A stretch of DNA of 63,916 nt, filler included, from Octopus bimaculoides (taxonomy: Eukaryota), in NCBI RefSeq assembly GCF_001194135.2. It is 8 parts of 8 records of this genome, joined end to end, with 100 filler letters (N's around TTAATTAATTAA, not from the genome) between each part and the next. Parts side by side here need not be neighbours in the genome. Positions count along the whole stretch, not along the records: positions 62,116 to 63,916 come from NW_026391681.1; 7 more parts are not named here. One strand, 5' to 3'. Made by a program: the position numbers and the translations under genes. Below, one piece after another: positions 62,860-63,916 of this stretch. The first letter of the stretch is position 1. Every line of letters starts with the position of its first letter. The notes under the pieces were generated by a model. The model made no database searches. It saw only the letters and a program-made list of their open reading frames with translations, and was not told the DNA's origin.

Positions 62860-63490
62860 GACGGGCTTCTTTCACTTTCCGTCTACCAAATCCACTCACA
62901 AGGCTTTGGTCGGCCCGAGGCTATAGTAGAAGACACTTGCCAAAGGTGCCACGCAGTGGGACTGAACCCGGAACCATGTGGTTGGTAAGCAAGCTACTTA
63001 CCACACAGTCACAGAAGCCTTGTTGTTGACCATAGGTTGACCAGCTAAATGCTTTCGTCTACCAGTTCTATGTTTCCATAAATGACTACCTCTGTTTGCT
63101 TCAATGTCGTCTTCACCTATCAGCTCAATATGACGGATTCCAGCATTCGATATGTGGTGGAACGTAACATACAAATCTATCGTGTGGAAGAGAAAGCATG
63201 TCCCTACGCGATAAGACCTGGGGTTTACGTATGAACACCTGACTATAGGAACAAATGGCCTCCTAAATCACTTGATTTGAAACGCATTGACTGTTACGTC
63301 TGGGAACTCCTTTGGAGAAGCTTACCACCTGCTGGCCCTCAGCGACAAATGCTCGTTGGAGGCTGCCATCATGTGTGTGATAAATTGCATGGCTGGAATC
63401 AGCTACTTCTGTCACGGAGTGGCTTCTATAGTCAAATCGGAACCGAAAATGAGATTCAAGGAAGTTTTAATGGAAGTCATATTAATAGAA
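62150..63490 (+). mobile_element. Tc1/mariner-superfamily transposase remnant interrupted by a family-A SINE
   Basis: WPPKSLDLKRIDCYVW at 63256-63303 (cf. WPPxSPDLNPxDYxxW) and SEDPTT at about 62190. Confidence 0.55.
62292..63012 (-). mobile_element. SINE family A copy spanning an N gap at its internal microsatellite
   Basis: Both flanks match the family. The gap sits exactly where the internal (CA)/(TA) tract lies. Confidence 0.85.
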
Positions 63491-63916
63491 GTTGTTTTGC
63501 TGAATGAGTGTGCATTTAAATTTTTGTATGGGCGGTGACTATATTCATGTTTTCCTTGTTCTCTGGAGAACACTTCCATATAGCTGAAGAATACACTGGG
63601 ACCTAAAACTATGAGTATATAAGCAGTGTGCAAGTCACAGTTTCATCCTCGTTGTCCAAGTGACGTCCGTTGCATGTGCATCTGTAGATTATGCAAATTT
63701 ATGACAATAAACATATTCCCAATTTTTAGATATACATCTGTTCCTGTATCAACTGATGGTTTCTACAAAATGACAAGAGCAACGTTAAAATACTCACAAA
63801 CACAACTTACAGGTATATGCATGTGCACATATATTTTTATAAAATATACCTGCGTACACGCACATGCATATATATATTCATATATGTATATATGACTGTA
63901 TGTATGTATGTATGTA

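Overview
This is AT-rich, microsatellite-saturated eukaryotic genomic DNA. The repeat families and sequence style suggest an octopus or other cephalopod draft assembly, which is an inference. Seven artificial 100-nt spacers (44 N + TTAATTAATTAA + 44 N) split the window into about eight contig blocks, so adjacency across them is not trustworthy. The only confidently identified host gene is the 3' end of a class IIa histone deacetylase (HDAC4/5/7/9 orthologue) on the minus strand. It has five GT-AG coding exons between 25758 and the stop at 21144, and its 5' part is not seen beyond the spacer at 26124. The rest is mostly mobile DNA: three tRNA-derived SINE families, CR1, Tx1/L1 and RTE LINE remnants, a Ty3/Gypsy integrase remnant, Penelope-like (PLE) RT and GIY-YIG remnants, a Tc1/mariner-type remnant and a decayed 5S rRNA copy. 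Four observations stand out. (1) Three PLE-associated minimal hammerhead ribozyme motifs, one an otherwise canonical fold with C3:G8 replaced by a compensatory A3:U8 pair (23067-23112) and one sitting behind a tRNA-like Pol III head. (2) A 10-unit SINE cluster whose junctions suggest site-specific insertion of one subfamily into the head of its own family. (3) A CR1 LINE 3' end sharing its tail with the commonest SINE here, a candidate LINE/SINE partner pair. (4) CpG depletion and strong orphan splice sites far downstream of the HDAC stop codon, suggesting alternative terminal exons. All alignments, folds and translations were done by eye and need computational confirmation.
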